Counted from the first letter of the stretch, positions 8,433 through 19,232 are shown. The stretch: 55,105 nucleotides of DNA from Candidatus Giovannonibacteria bacterium (GCA_016176285.1 JACOXM010000004.1:1-55105), one strand, 5' to 3'. A program made the numbers and translations. The notes: generated by a model not told the origin, from the letters alone.

Positions 8433-9029
8433 ATGGCTAATAAAAAAAGCTATAAAAATCTTCTTGACGGAGGGCCGGAGGCCCTTAGCGAAACGAGCGA
8501 TGAAATATTGCTAGCGGCGGCTTTGGAGTATCCGGATTTATTCTCCGTTTTAGTGGATCGCTACCAGTCAGCCTTCCTGCGTTTTGCCGGGCGAATCCTT
8601 AATACAAAAGAAGAAGCTGAAGATGTCGTACAGGATTCATTCATGAAAATATACCGCCACGCCGACCAGCTTCAAGAAGGGCCGAATTCAAAGTTCAAAA
8701 GCTGGGCTTATAAAATTGTTTTCAACACGGCGTTGACGCGATACAGGAGCCTTAAAAAACGCTCCGGCGAGATGACGTATCTGGACACCTTTTTATATGA
8801 AACTCTTGGGTCCAAGGAATTTCAGGATAACCTTAATGCGGAGATCATGGTAAAAGAAATTCTCGCAAAGATGCCGGGGGACTTCAGGGAACTTTTAGAA
8901 ATGCATTATTTAAAAGGTCTTTCCTACGATCAGATCTCGCGGGAAAAAAATATTACTATTCCGGCGCTAAAGATGAGGCTTTTCAGGGCGAGGGAAGTCT
9001 TCAGAAATGTAGCGGACGGAGCTAATTAA
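8433..9029 (+). CDS. ECF-type RNA polymerase sigma factor
   Basis: Region 2 (AEDVVQDSFMKIY, FKSWAYKI) and region 4 (GLSYDQIS, LKMRLFRAR); 198 aa. Confidence 0.92.
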   Translation: MANKKSYKNLLDGGPEALSETSDEILLAAALEYPDLFSVLVDRYQSAFLRFAGRILNTKEEAEDVVQDSFMKIYRHADQLQEGPNSKFKSWAYKIVFNTALTRYRSLKKRSGEMTYLDTFLYETLGSKEFQDNLNAEIMVKEILAKMPGDFRELLEMHYLKGLSYDQISREKNITIPALKMRLFRAREVFRNVADGAN

Positions 9030-9038
9030 TTAAATAGT

Positions 9039-9443
9039 ATGCAAAATATTGGTGAAATAAATATTGCGTGGAGCGAATCAGAGCTCCTGAAAATGAAGGG
9101 CCAGATTGTAAGGCGCGTTCACTTCTCCTGGTTTTTACGGAAAGTGGTTGTTCCGGGCGTTTTGGTTCTTGCGGTTTCCGGAGCAGTTATTATTAAAGGG
9201 ATCTTGGACTTTCATGTTTCAATGATTGTTAACAATACCCTTTCAAGATTAATGAGCTTTGATTTATTTGGACTTCTCAAATATCTTTTTGTTGCGTTCC
9301 AAAAGACGGAGCTCGATATGCTGGCCATGCTTGTAGCATCTTCTCTGTTGGCGCTTTATTTTGGAAGAAGGTTAGCCAAGGAAACATTCAACTTCATGAC
9401 CAGGGGAACCGCAAACCCGCTTACGCGCAACGTGAATTCCTAA
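9039..9443 (+). CDS. Small membrane protein, putative anti-sigma factor
   Basis: Short cytoplasmic N-terminus and 2 hydrophobic segments, 9 nt downstream of the ECF sigma. Confidence 0.6.
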   Translation: MQNIGEINIAWSESELLKMKGQIVRRVHFSWFLRKVVVPGVLVLAVSGAVIIKGILDFHVSMIVNNTLSRLMSFDLFGLLKYLFVAFQKTELDMLAMLVASSLLALYFGRRLAKETFNFMTRGTANPLTRNVNS

Positions 9444-9463
9444 AAGTCTATACATCTTATAGA

Positions 9464-9493
9464 CAAAAAGACCTTCACAGTGGGGTCTTTTTG
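9464..9493 (+). terminator. Terminator of the sigma operon
   Basis: CAAAAAGACCTTCA-CAG-TGGGGTCTTTTTG. Confidence 0.65.
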
Positions 9494-9509
9494 TTATATT
9501 CTGAAATCT

Positions 9510-10793
9510 GTGTTAGACATTAAATTTATCCGCGAAAATCTGGGTTTGGTAAAAGAGTCGCTCCTCAGGCGAAGATATAATTTCGACTTGGAAAGATTTA
9601 CGAGGGTGGATGAAAGTTACCGAAGCCTTCTCACTGAGGTGGAGTCAATGCGGGCGCATCAAAATAAAATTTCCGATGAATTCGCAAAAGATACGTCTGA
9701 AAATAAATCAAAAATTCTCTCCGAGCTAAAGACTTTCAAGGAAAACCTTCAAAAAAAAGAAGCAGACTTAAAAAGAACGGATGCGGAACTCTTTAATTTG
9801 CTTCTCCAGATTCCGAATATTCCGGACCCGACGGTTCCGGAGGGGCAAACAGAAGATGATAATGTTGAAATCAGAAAATGGGGGGAGCCCAGAAAATTCA
9901 CTTTTAAAATAAAAGATCATAACGAACTCGTAAATCTGCTGGATTTGGCTGATTTAGAAAGGGGAGCGAAGGTTTCCGGTTTTAGGGGTTACTTTTTAAA
10001 AGGCGACGGGGTACTCCTGTCGTTCGCCCTTTGGCAATTCGCTCTGGATTTCATGGTCAAGAAAGGATTTACTCCTTTTATCACTCCATCCCTAGTTAAG
10101 GAAAATATTTTTGTAGAAACCGGAAAGCTTCCTATATTTCGGGATGACTTTTATGCCGCGGATGATAATCTTTATCTTTCTCCGACTGCAGAAGTTCCGA
10201 TGATGGGATACCACGAAAATGAAATTTTATCGGAAGAAGAACTGCCGAAAAAATATGTTGCTTTTTCTCCGTGTTACAGAAGGGAAGCGGGATCATACGG
10301 AAAAGATGAAAGGGGACTTTATAGAAAGCATGAATTTATGAAAGTGGAGCAAATAGTTCTATGTAAGGCGGAACATCAGGAATCCGTTAAGTGGCACGAA
10401 GAATTAACCGGATTCTCCGAGGAAATTGTAAAAGCTCTTGAGCTGCCTTATCACGTAATTATAAATTCCACGGGCGACTTGCCCTTTGGCGCCGTAAAGA
10501 TGTATGACATAGAAGTTTGGATTCCCTCGGAAAATCGCTACAGAGAATCCCACTCCTCATCTATAATCCATGATTTTCAAACGAGGCGCCTTAAAATCAG
10601 GTACAAATCCGCTGATGGAAAAATGAGATTCGCTCATTCATTAAATAATACTGCGATCGCAACACCCCGAATATTGCAATCTTTGCTTGAAAATCATCAA
10701 AATGAAGATGGGTCCGTAACTGTTCCCGAAGTTCTACAAAAATATATGGGCAAAGATGTCATTACGCCAAGAACTCAAAAAAACATCCAATAA
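9510..10793 (+). CDS. serS: Serine--tRNA ligase
   Basis: (M)LDIKFIREN, IPNIP, PTAEVP, YRREAG, HEFMKVEQ, LNNTAIATPR; GTG start at 9510. Confidence 0.97.
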   Translation: MLDIKFIRENLGLVKESLLRRRYNFDLERFTRVDESYRSLLTEVESMRAHQNKISDEFAKDTSENKSKILSELKTFKENLQKKEADLKRTDAELFNLLLQIPNIPDPTVPEGQTEDDNVEIRKWGEPRKFTFKIKDHNELVNLLDLADLERGAKVSGFRGYFLKGDGVLLSFALWQFALDFMVKKGFTPFITPSLVKENIFVETGKLPIFRDDFYAADDNLYLSPTAEVPMMGYHENEILSEEELPKKYVAFSPCYRREAGSYGKDERGLYRKHEFMKVEQIVLCKAEHQESVKWHEELTGFSEEIVKALELPYHVIINSTGDLPFGAVKMYDIEVWIPSENRYRESHSSSIIHDFQTRRLKIRYKSADGKMRFAHSLNNTAIATPRILQSLLENHQNEDGSVTVPEVLQKYMGKDVITPRTQKNIQ

Positions 10794-11562
10794 GCGAAAA
10801 AGGCAGGAATTCCTAAAGCGTGGGCTAATTCTCGCAGGAGTATTCATGTTTTTTATTATCGTGATTTTCTTTTTGTTTTTTATTCCGCAGCTCCGCATCA
10901 ATAACATCGCGATAGCAGGCGCTGACGGGAAAGCCGCGAAAGATCTTGAAAATGAAATCAAATCAATATTGCAAAACAAATATTACTACATTATTCCAAA
11001 AGACCACTTATTTTTCTACCCCAGGGATGAAATCGAAGCCCTCCTTGAAAAAAAATTCAGAGTTCAAAAATTCGGCATAGATAAAGATTACCCATCAGCG
11101 CTTAAGATTTCCATTTCAGAGAGGGAACCATGGGCACTTTGGTGTTCTGCCGAAAATCAAGGTAAATGCTTATTAATAGATCGCGATGGTTTCGCATTCG
11201 AAAACGCACCCCTAACCGCCGGCACCGCGGTTTTAAAAATCATCGACGCAAGGAACTCAAACCCTCTCGGAAAAAATATTCTTCCAGAAGGCGATTTCTC
11301 TCTTTTGCGTTTTTTTATTGAAGAAATTCCCAAAAATATTGATGAAAAAATATCTTCCGTAAACATTAAAGCTTCGGGTAAAGGTTTTCTTATTTATTTC
11401 AAAACCGGCTGGTATGCGTTTATAGACAATGAAACAGACAAAGATAAAGCCATCCAGAACGTGAACCTTGCGTTGAACAATTCCGAAATTAAAGACAAGC
11501 GAAGTAAACTCGAATACATAGACCTCCGCTTCGAAGATAAAGTTTTCTATAAATTCAAGTGA
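10756..11562 (+). CDS. ftsQ: Cell division protein FtsQ/DivIB-like
   Basis: Basic N-tail, single TM, POTRA-like KDYPSALKISISER, C-terminal YIDLRF. Confidence 0.8.
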   Translation: MSLRQELKKTSNKRKRQEFLKRGLILAGVFMFFIIVIFFLFFIPQLRINNIAIAGADGKAAKDLENEIKSILQNKYYYIIPKDHLFFYPRDEIEALLEKKFRVQKFGIDKDYPSALKISISEREPWALWCSAENQGKCLLIDRDGFAFENAPLTAGTAVLKIIDARNSNPLGKNILPEGDFSLLRFFIEEIPKNIDEKISSVNIKASGKGFLIYFKTGWYAFIDNETDKDKAIQNVNLALNNSEIKDKRSKLEYIDLRFEDKVFYKFK

Positions 11563-11567
11563 TTAAT

Positions 11568-13394
11568 TTAAGGAATCTTATAGATAAATATCGATTTACC
11601 GGCGCGGGTGAAGGGTTCCTGCCCGCGCAACCAGAGGTAAGTGTCTTCGGGCTTTATCGTTAGGCCGTTAACCCACCTTCCCGTAGCACCCCGCAAGAGC
11701 GTCGCGGAGACTGCGAAATACGATCCAGGCGGGGGCGGGCCTTTTGCGGACCACCACGGAACATATTGTCCATCTAAATAGTATTGCGGGGAACCTCCTC
11801 CAAAATAATCCAAATATATTTTCTCTCCGTAAAATTTAGGATCATTATCAAGAATTTCACGAAGGCGCTTCAAATCCTGTCCCCAGTCATAATTAGAATC
11901 CACGATATAATAATGGCCGTTATCTATTCCCACTGTTTCGTTAAAGTAAGAGAGGTAATGGGGGAATGCCGCAATAGCCGCTACAAAAATCCAAAGAAAT
12001 ACAAGGAAAAGAAAAATTAATTTAGGGATCGGCACTATGAAATTTCTATATAGCAAACCGAGCCAATCTCTAATACTTCCTGGCTGCATGGCCGCCTGGG
12101 GCCTACGTATCCATCCGGCAAGCTGGCGCGAAACCAAAATATAAACAAACGGAAATGTCGGTAAAATATGCCGAACGCCGATATTAAGGATTCCTTTTAT
12201 CGAGTAAGCCCAATATGCCGAGATAAATAAAATGCTCGCGGCTAGGACAAAATTATTTCTGATCCAATCAAGAATGGCCGCGAAACTCTTTTTTCGCGAT
12301 TCAAATATTTTTTTAATTCCCAAATAAATCGCGAGCAGGGTTAGAAGATGGAATGGAAGCGTTTCTTTGAGGGCATAGGCCGCCGGGAAATAAGAGCGCC
12401 ATCCGGACGCCGAAACTTCACCCCAAAAATATGTGGTATTGCCTCCGGACGCGCGCTGAATAACCATTAATAATCCGAGGAGATATTGGCCAAGCGGGCG
12501 AAGCGCATCATGACCGATAAGCCAGAAGTCCAAATTCGCAAGGGGGCGCATTCCAAACCCAGAAAGTACCCATTCGGCATCCCTTAACTGCTGATCTTTC
12601 GGATAATTCCAGACATGGAAAAGATATACGAGATAAATTAATGCGAGCGCGATTATTCCGATTGCGAGCAATTTAGCTAGCATCAAAAAAAATGTTCGCG
12701 CAAATTTTTTATCTTGACGAGATTCGAGCACTACCCACAAAACAGCGAGGAATGCAATTATCGGTACCGCAAGGAAAAGAGAGAATTTAAAAAGGAGTGC
12801 CGTGCCTAAACAAAGTCCCGCGATAACGAGATTCCAAATAGACTGGTTTTTTAAAAACCGCAGAAATGACGCAATCGCAATAAAAAATCCGAACGCGGCC
12901 GCAACGTCTGTTGTCACATAGCGGGAATGTGCTAGAAATGTCGGAGAAAAAACATAGAAAAATAATGCAATCATCCCGACGCCCCGTCCGTAAAGCGAAG
13001 AAACCCACAAAAACAAAAGCCATCCGAATAAAAGAGCCAGAAGCATCATTGGCAAGCGTGCCCAGAAAACAATTTGATCGGGATTGTTTCCGTTTCCATA
13101 AAGGAGCTCGGCCCCTGCAGCCCATTGCCTTCCATTTATATCCTCGGCAGTCCAAAAAGGCTTATCTAAATCAAGCTTAAGATCCATAAACATCAATGGA
13201 AGCGCGGCTAAATCTTTCGCGAGTGGAGGATGCTCCGGATTCAGGCGCGAATCCTTATATTTCAAATAAGTATACCCCGCCCCAATATGCGCGACTTCAT
13301 CGAATGTCGCAGATTCGTTTATGGACGAAGAAAACATCAGCGCGAACATAATCGCGAGGAGCAGGGCCGGAATAAGATATTTGTTTCTAACCAT
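11568..13394 (-). CDS. GT-C fold glycosyltransferase (GT39/ArnT-like)
   Basis: SATFDEVAH, NPEHPPLAK, many TMs, DSNYDWGQDL; ATG 13394 preferred over 13505. Confidence 0.85.
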   Translation of the reverse strand: MVRNKYLIPALLLAIMFALMFSSSINESATFDEVAHIGAGYTYLKYKDSRLNPEHPPLAKDLAALPLMFMDLKLDLDKPFWTAEDINGRQWAAGAELLYGNGNNPDQIVFWARLPMMLLALLFGWLLFLWVSSLYGRGVGMIALFFYVFSPTFLAHSRYVTTDVAAAFGFFIAIASFLRFLKNQSIWNLVIAGLCLGTALLFKFSLFLAVPIIAFLAVLWVVLESRQDKKFARTFFLMLAKLLAIGIIALALIYLVYLFHVWNYPKDQQLRDAEWVLSGFGMRPLANLDFWLIGHDALRPLGQYLLGLLMVIQRASGGNTTYFWGEVSASGWRSYFPAAYALKETLPFHLLTLLAIYLGIKKIFESRKKSFAAILDWIRNNFVLAASILFISAYWAYSIKGILNIGVRHILPTFPFVYILVSRQLAGWIRRPQAAMQPGSIRDWLGLLYRNFIVPIPKLIFLFLVFLWIFVAAIAAFPHYLSYFNETVGIDNGHYYIVDSNYDWGQDLKRLREILDNDPKFYGEKIYLDYFGGGSPQYYLDGQYVPWWSAKGPPPPGSYFAVSATLLRGATGRWVNGLTIKPEDTYLWLRGQEPFTRAGKSIFIYKIP

Positions 13395-13527
13395 AGTGGA
13401 ATATACTTTAATTATGTATGAATTTCTTAAAAGCTCCATCGGGGTTCTCGGCACATTCCTAAAAATAGCGTTCCCTCCTGAATTGCTTTTGGTTATATTA
13501 GCCATTTCCGCTTATGTAGTTTACAGA

Positions 13528-15138
13528 TCATATAGAAGTAAGGGATAGGGCGATGAATGCCCCATGCACTGTTATTTTCATATCTTTATATTTTTTCAGC
13601 ATATAAGAAATTTCGCCCTTATTCTCCGTATTCAGAAAAACTATAACCGCTTTTTCCGGAAGCGAATCCTCGAATGCTTTTTCGAGGCCGTCGGGAGTTA
13701 CATAATGATAATTTTTTCTGGTTCTCTCTTCCGGGAGAAAAGTATTCGTACCATAAAGAACGGATTGGCTTGAAATCGAGACAATTCTCCCATCGAGCCG
13801 CTCGCCGGTAATAACCACATATTTATTTACTTCGTCCGGCAAAGATTTTAAATACATCGCCATTTCCCAATCCCGTGCCGCGAATGCGGCATAAACTTCT
13901 CCATTCTGGGACCAATTATTAAAATATTTGTCATAAGTATCCGTTGAAATGGAAACAAGAAGCAGTGCCAGCAAAAAAAGCATCTCTCGCTTTATCCGTA
14001 ATAGTTGGTTCGCATACTTCGGAAATTGATCGCGTTTTTTTGCAATCCAAACGGAAATAAGGTTGATTAAATAATTCATCCCTACTGAGGATAAAATAAC
14101 TGCAGGAATTATTGAAATAATACTCCTCAAGGCATGGGGGAGTCCCTCGCTCGAAATAACCACCGGCAGGAGAGAAAGAGCAAAAAATATAAATAAAAAC
14201 CAGGAGCTGAATTTCTTAATTGAGCGCAAGGAAACCAATATTCCTATAAAAAATAATATACCTACTACCAATGAAAGCTGGGGAGAGCCGGAATAATTAT
14301 GCCTCCAGTTGAAATCACCGTAGAACCAGAACATTCCGACGGTTTTTGCCGAATTGATTAACAGCTGTTGAACGGGGGAGTCCGAAGAAAAAATTGAAAT
14401 CTGGCTAGTGCGCCCAAGAATATCGTCAGGGTGTTCTGAAAAATAAAGTCCGAGCGGGATTACCGCGATTAGGACAAATAGAACGTATATTAGTGAAAGG
14501 CAAGGGGAGCACGTATCTCTGCGCTCTTTTTTCCAGCCTCTAACAATTGGAAAAATCATCAAGAGCGGCAAAATGCGGTAGGCAATATAGCTATGGAAGC
14601 CTAACCCGAAAAGCAGCCCCCCAGCGGCGGCGGAAATAATTTGAGTTTTTGATGTTCCGATGTCTTTATAAATCCTGAAAAGAAAATACAAACCCCAAAC
14701 CAGAAAAAAAGGAGCCATAATGGCCCGGAATCCTATCCTAGAAAAATTAACATGCCAAAAACTAGTCGCGAGAAAAAATGACGCGAGAAGCGAGATGCGG
14801 TCTCGATCCGGAGAGTTATAGAACATAGCCCTCGCGAGAAAAAATAGGCCCAAAACCGTAAGAGTTCCGAAAATAGCGGAAACTATTCTTAAAGCCCAGG
14901 GTTCGTGGCCAAACATGGAAATTGAGAATGCCTGAATATTTATAAAAAGCCCTTCGCGCCCGTTATTGTCTGGATAAAATGCCTTAAATTCTCCGCTTGA
15001 AAGTGCTTCGGTAGCATTGTTGCCGTTCATTGCCTCATCCGGATATAGGCCCGGCGGAATTTCCCAAATCATCCAAAAACGAAGAAAAATCGCGAGAGAC
15101 ATTATTGCGATTATCGCCAACAGCTTTTTCCCACTCAT
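13528..15138 (-). CDS. GT-C fold glycosyltransferase (GT39/PMT-like)
   Basis: PPGLYPDEA, ALRIVSAIFG, FWHVNFSRIGFR, PHALRS; polytopic. Confidence 0.85.
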   Translation of the reverse strand: MSGKKLLAIIAIMSLAIFLRFWMIWEIPPGLYPDEAMNGNNATEALSSGEFKAFYPDNNGREGLFINIQAFSISMFGHEPWALRIVSAIFGTLTVLGLFFLARAMFYNSPDRDRISLLASFFLATSFWHVNFSRIGFRAIMAPFFLVWGLYFLFRIYKDIGTSKTQIISAAAGGLLFGLGFHSYIAYRILPLLMIFPIVRGWKKERRDTCSPCLSLIYVLFVLIAVIPLGLYFSEHPDDILGRTSQISIFSSDSPVQQLLINSAKTVGMFWFYGDFNWRHNYSGSPQLSLVVGILFFIGILVSLRSIKKFSSWFLFIFFALSLLPVVISSEGLPHALRSIISIIPAVILSSVGMNYLINLISVWIAKKRDQFPKYANQLLRIKREMLFLLALLLVSISTDTYDKYFNNWSQNGEVYAAFAARDWEMAMYLKSLPDEVNKYVVITGERLDGRIVSISSQSVLYGTNTFLPEERTRKNYHYVTPDGLEKAFEDSLPEKAVIVFLNTENKGEISYMLKKYKDMKITVHGAFIALSLTSI

Positions 15139-15155
15139 AATTTAATGATATCATA

Positions 15156-15815
15156 ATGGATATGAAATCTATTGGGATGAAAAAGGACATCTTATTGGCT
15201 TTTTTTGCGGGGCTTATTGCCGGAATTTTTATTCTTCCCGCACTTACAAACTTAGGCATAAAAATTCCATTTGAATACGAGCTGGCCATTCTTTTTATAT
15301 TGCTGCCGTTTGGATCGGCGATATTTATATTTATTATTAAAAAGCTTTTCTCAAAAATATCGCCGTTCTTCCAGATTTCTAAATTCGCTGTAATTGGAGG
15401 GCTTAATTTTTCGATAGATTTAGGGGTCTTAAATTTGTTGCGCCTTTTTTATCCCGCGGGGGGCGACGCCCTTTACGCATTCTTTAAATCATTGAGTTTT
15501 ATAATTGCAAATATCAACAGTTATTTTTGGAATAAGCATTGGGCATTTGAAAGCAAGAATAGCGCCAAATCGGCAAGGGAATATACCAAATTTTTTATTA
15601 TTAGCATTATAGGCCTAGCAGTGAATGTTCTCGCGGCGTGGATCGTTGTCCATTTTGGCCCGCAAAATATCGAAAGAGCGGCGCTTGAAAACATCGGCGC
15701 CGTAGCAGGAGCAATTGCCGGGCTATTTTGGAATTTCATCGGATATAAATTCATAGTTTTTAATTCAAACAATGGGGCAGGTTCTATACAGAAAATACAG
15801 GCCGCAAAATTTTGA
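15156..15815 (+). CDS. GtrA family lipid-sugar flippase-like protein
   Basis: KFAVIGGLNFSIDL, NSYFWNKHWAF, WNFIGYKFIVF. Confidence 0.85.
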   Translation: MDMKSIGMKKDILLAFFAGLIAGIFILPALTNLGIKIPFEYELAILFILLPFGSAIFIFIIKKLFSKISPFFQISKFAVIGGLNFSIDLGVLNLLRLFYPAGGDALYAFFKSLSFIIANINSYFWNKHWAFESKNSAKSAREYTKFFIISIIGLAVNVLAAWIVVHFGPQNIERAALENIGAVAGAIAGLFWNFIGYKFIVFNSNNGAGSIQKIQAAKF

Positions 15816-16869
15816 AGAAATCGTAGGCCAGAAGGGGGTTGTCGATGTTCTCAAGCGCTCGATTGAAATTGACAGAATTTCACATGCTTATCTTTTTTCC
15901 GGCCCCGCAGGCACGGGGAAAACCACGCTTGCAAGAATTTTCGCCCGCGCCGTAAACTGTCTATCGAAGTCCGACTTCGATAAGCCCTGCAATAAATGCG
16001 AGCATTGTTTGGAATTTTTGTCGCAAAAAACCCTTGATCTAGTTGAAATTGATGCGGCATCTTCCCGCGGCATTGATGAAATACGCTCGTTACGCGAGGG
16101 CATCAGAGCGCTGCCGTTTAAAGCCAAATATAAAGTTTATATTATTGACGAAGTTCACATGCTCACAAAAGAGGCATTTAACGCCCTCTTAAAAACCCTT
16201 GAGGAGCCGCCGGCGCATGTAATTTTTATTTTAGCCACAACGGAAATTGATAAAGTGCTTGAAACAATAATTTCGAGAACCCAGCATTTCGAATTCAGAA
16301 AAATCAGCGAAGAAGACATACAGAAGGCGCTATTAATAATTGCGAAAAAAGAAAAGAGCAAAGTAGACCCGGAGGTGATAAATATCATTTCAGTCCTCGC
16401 GGAGGGATCGCTTCGCGACGCGGAGAGCATGCTGGACCAGGCTCTCTCCGCTGCGAGCCAGGAAATCAGCACGGATGACATTCGTAAACTTTTCGGCGTG
16501 CCCACAAGAACTCTTTTGCAAGATATGACGAGGGCGCTAATTACCGGAGACTCAAAAACTGCCTTAAAAATAATACACGAATCAACGGGCGAGGGGATAG
16601 ACCATAAGGCATTCTTTAAACTATTGATTAGGGATTTCCGCTTTTTGCTTTATTTAAATATTGATCAGGATTTTGAGAAAGAACTATCTAAATTCCTCCC
16701 AAAAACGGAATTAGACTCGCTTGTTAAATTTGCAAAAGAATGCAATATTAAAAAAATAGAATATATTCTTAATGTTCTTAACAATAATTACCAGCTACTT
16801 AAATTGGCATATCTGCCGCAGTTGCCCCTCGAGCTCGCGGTTTTAAAAATAACTACCAAGACGGTATGA
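15772..16869 (+). CDS. dnaX: DNA polymerase III subunit gamma/tau (short form)
   Basis: LYRKYRPQ, GPAGTGKT, Zn Cys cluster, EIDAAS, DEVHML, LLKTLEEPP. Confidence 0.97.
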   Translation: MGQVLYRKYRPQNFEEIVGQKGVVDVLKRSIEIDRISHAYLFSGPAGTGKTTLARIFARAVNCLSKSDFDKPCNKCEHCLEFLSQKTLDLVEIDAASSRGIDEIRSLREGIRALPFKAKYKVYIIDEVHMLTKEAFNALLKTLEEPPAHVIFILATTEIDKVLETIISRTQHFEFRKISEEDIQKALLIIAKKEKSKVDPEVINIISVLAEGSLRDAESMLDQALSAASQEISTDDIRKLFGVPTRTLLQDMTRALITGDSKTALKIIHESTGEGIDHKAFFKLLIRDFRFLLYLNIDQDFEKELSKFLPKTELDSLVKFAKECNIKKIEYILNVLNNNYQLLKLAYLPQLPLELAVLKITTKTV

Positions 16870-17357
16870 AATATATTATTTCGACAATTATATCAATAGC
16901 GCTTCTGGCTGGAGTTTATTATGTCTGGAACTTACAAAATAATTCAAACGATACTATTAATGAACAAGCGGTTCTTCTCTACTATTTTAATCAAGAAAAA
17001 GACAAAGATACTTCCGGCAACATCCAATGCAGTCGCCAGGGCTTAGAACCGGTCAGCAGAAAAATTTCGTCTGATAACATTATAGAAGACACAATCAAAC
17101 TATTATTGCGGGGGGAATTGAGCGCGGAAGAACGAGCTAGGGGGGTCACAACAGAATATCCGCTTTCAGGAGTCGAACTCATTAAGTCAGAATTGAACAA
17201 CGGTACGCTAACGCTTACTTTTAGCGACCCAAACAATAAAACCGGTGGCGGCTCGTGCCGCGTTGGCATTCTTTGGTTTCAAATCGAAGCAACGGCAAAA
17301 CAATTCCCGGAAGTCAAACAAGTTAAATTCCTTCCTGAAGAACTTTTCCAGCCGTAG
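16866..17357 (+). CDS. GerMN domain protein
   Basis: N-terminal TM, LLLRG, GGSCRV, QIEATAKQFPEV. Confidence 0.8.
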   Translation: MKYIISTIISIALLAGVYYVWNLQNNSNDTINEQAVLLYYFNQEKDKDTSGNIQCSRQGLEPVSRKISSDNIIEDTIKLLLRGELSAEERARGVTTEYPLSGVELIKSELNNGTLTLTFSDPNNKTGGGSCRVGILWFQIEATAKQFPEVKQVKFLPEELFQP

Positions 17358-19197
17358 TTTCCTCTTCCTCTATTTCTTCGGGCTCCTCAACGGAAGGCTC
17401 CGGAGTATCGTCTCCCAAAAATCCTCCGGCCTGAATACTCCAAAGTTTTTGGTAAAGGCCGCCACGGATCAATAAATCACTATGCGTGCCGTCCGCCGCA
17501 ATCTTTCCGTCCTCAATAACTATAATCCTGTCCATTCTCATAATAGTGGAAAGGCGATGGGCGATAACTAAAACAGTTTTTCCCTGCATCAGCACTTTCA
17601 GGGCGTCCTGAATCAGCGCCTCCGATTCCGAATCCAAACTCGATGTTGCTTCGTCCAAGACCAGAATCGGCGCGTTTTTTAAAATCGCGCGCGCAATCGC
17701 GACACGCTGGCGCTCTCCGCCGGATAGCTTAATCCCGCGCTCGCCCACAAACGTGTTGTAACCATCCGGCAGGGCACTTATAAATTCATGTGAATGCGCC
17801 TTTTTTGATGCTTCAATAATTTCTTCATCGGTAGCGTCGCGCCTGCCGTAGCGTATGTTTTCCAAAAGTGTTCTATGAAATAGCACCGGCTCCTGGGGAA
17901 CAAAACCTATCGCATTACGAAGAGATTCCTGCGTGACCTTAGAAATATTTTGGTTGTCAATTTCTATTCCTCCCGATATAACGTCATAAAGCCTCAAAAG
18001 CAATTTTGTAACCGTGGTCTTACCAGCCCCGGAAGCACCAACGATCGCTATTTTTTCTCCACCCTTAATGGCTAAATTAAACCCCCTTAATACCGGAATA
18101 GATTCCTGAAAATAAAAATCGACATTCTTAAATTCGATTTCGCTTTTCTTGATTTCAAGTGGTTTTGCGCCGGGCGCATCCTGAATTCCATGCGCTGTAT
18201 CCAGTATTTCGATCATTTCACTCGCGTCCGCGAAAGCGTCGTAAAATCGCCGAAGCTCTCCGTGGTTCGCAATCATCCTCTCAAAAGTTCCGATTAGATA
18301 CGCTTGTATCAGCGCAAAATCACCGATCGTTAAAAGGCCGAGCCTCCAATAACGCATAGCTCCGTAGAGAATTCCTAAATTAATTAAAATTATAAGTATT
18401 CCCTGCACAGACCATATGTATTCATCCGCACCCCACGACCGCATAAGTGAAGCGTGCCATTTATCTACCGCTGATTTAAAACGGTTATTTTCGTGTTTGG
18501 ATCCCGAAAAAAGTGAAATAGTAGTCTGGTTAATAATGGCGTCGGAAAGCATTCCTACAACGCGGCTGTCTTCTTCCGCGCGCTTCATGCGCAATGGCTG
18601 GCGCAATTTTGCAAGATATATTTGAAAAGATATAAACAATACCGCCCAAGCGCCGAGAACTAGGCCCAGCGTTAAATTTCTCATCGAAAGAACAACGACC
18701 GCGCCGATGACGAAAAGCGCGGTCGGAAAAAACTTCAGCATTATCGCGTCAAAAATTACTTCAAACGAATGGGAAAATTTTGTCACGCGGCGCGTCAGCG
18801 TTCCTGCAAATTGCGAAATAAAAAAGTGGTAAGAATGCCTAATTAAATAATCAAAGGAAAGTAAATTTAAATCCGCCATCACTTGCGCTTCTAGCCGAAT
18901 AATACTAAAGACATTTATCCTGCGGAAAACCCACGAACAAAGGGAAATAAAAGCAATGATGCCCAGAATCGTTATAAGGCTTTCAACGGCGGTGTCGCTG
19001 GGGGATTGTGATGCCAGTAAATTAAAAAACTTTTTCAAATACAATGGACTTGCCAGTTCGGCAATTTGGATCCCGATCGCACCGATGACAACGGCGAAAA
19101 AAAGCCAGGGATGATTCGCGGCATGCTTAAAATAAATTCTCATTACGGTGCCCGGACGCACGGGGGCGTGCCTTATAGTTTGGAGATTTTCAGGCAT
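17323..19197 (-). CDS. ABC exporter, fused permease/ATPase
   Basis: 6 TMs, GASGAGKT, LSGGERQR, ILVLDEATS, IAHRLST. Confidence 0.95.
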   Translation of the reverse strand: MPENLQTIRHAPVRPGTVMRIYFKHAANHPWLFFAVVIGAIGIQIAELASPLYLKKFFNLLASQSPSDTAVESLITILGIIAFISLCSWVFRRINVFSIIRLEAQVMADLNLLSFDYLIRHSYHFFISQFAGTLTRRVTKFSHSFEVIFDAIMLKFFPTALFVIGAVVVLSMRNLTLGLVLGAWAVLFISFQIYLAKLRQPLRMKRAEEDSRVVGMLSDAIINQTTISLFSGSKHENNRFKSAVDKWHASLMRSWGADEYIWSVQGILIILINLGILYGAMRYWRLGLLTIGDFALIQAYLIGTFERMIANHGELRRFYDAFADASEMIEILDTAHGIQDAPGAKPLEIKKSEIEFKNVDFYFQESIPVLRGFNLAIKGGEKIAIVGASGAGKTTVTKLLLRLYDVISGGIEIDNQNISKVTQESLRNAIGFVPQEPVLFHRTLLENIRYGRRDATDEEIIEASKKAHSHEFISALPDGYNTFVGERGIKLSGGERQRVAIARAILKNAPILVLDEATSSLDSESEALIQDALKVLMQGKTVLVIAHRLSTIMRMDRIIVIEDGKIAADGTHSDLLIRGGLYQKLWSIQAGGFLGDDTPEPSVEEPEEIEEEETTAGKVLQEGI

Positions 19198-19232
19198 AAT
19201 GTGTACCCTAGCAAAATTACTCATAAATTTAT

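Noticed and set aside
13321-13548. 75-aa plus-strand ORF between the glycosyltransferases
   Set aside because: Antisense overlap with both GT genes and no supporting motif
15772-16869. Programmed frameshift in dnaX
   Set aside because: The ORF ends cleanly after domain III and the next frame encodes an unrelated GerMN protein
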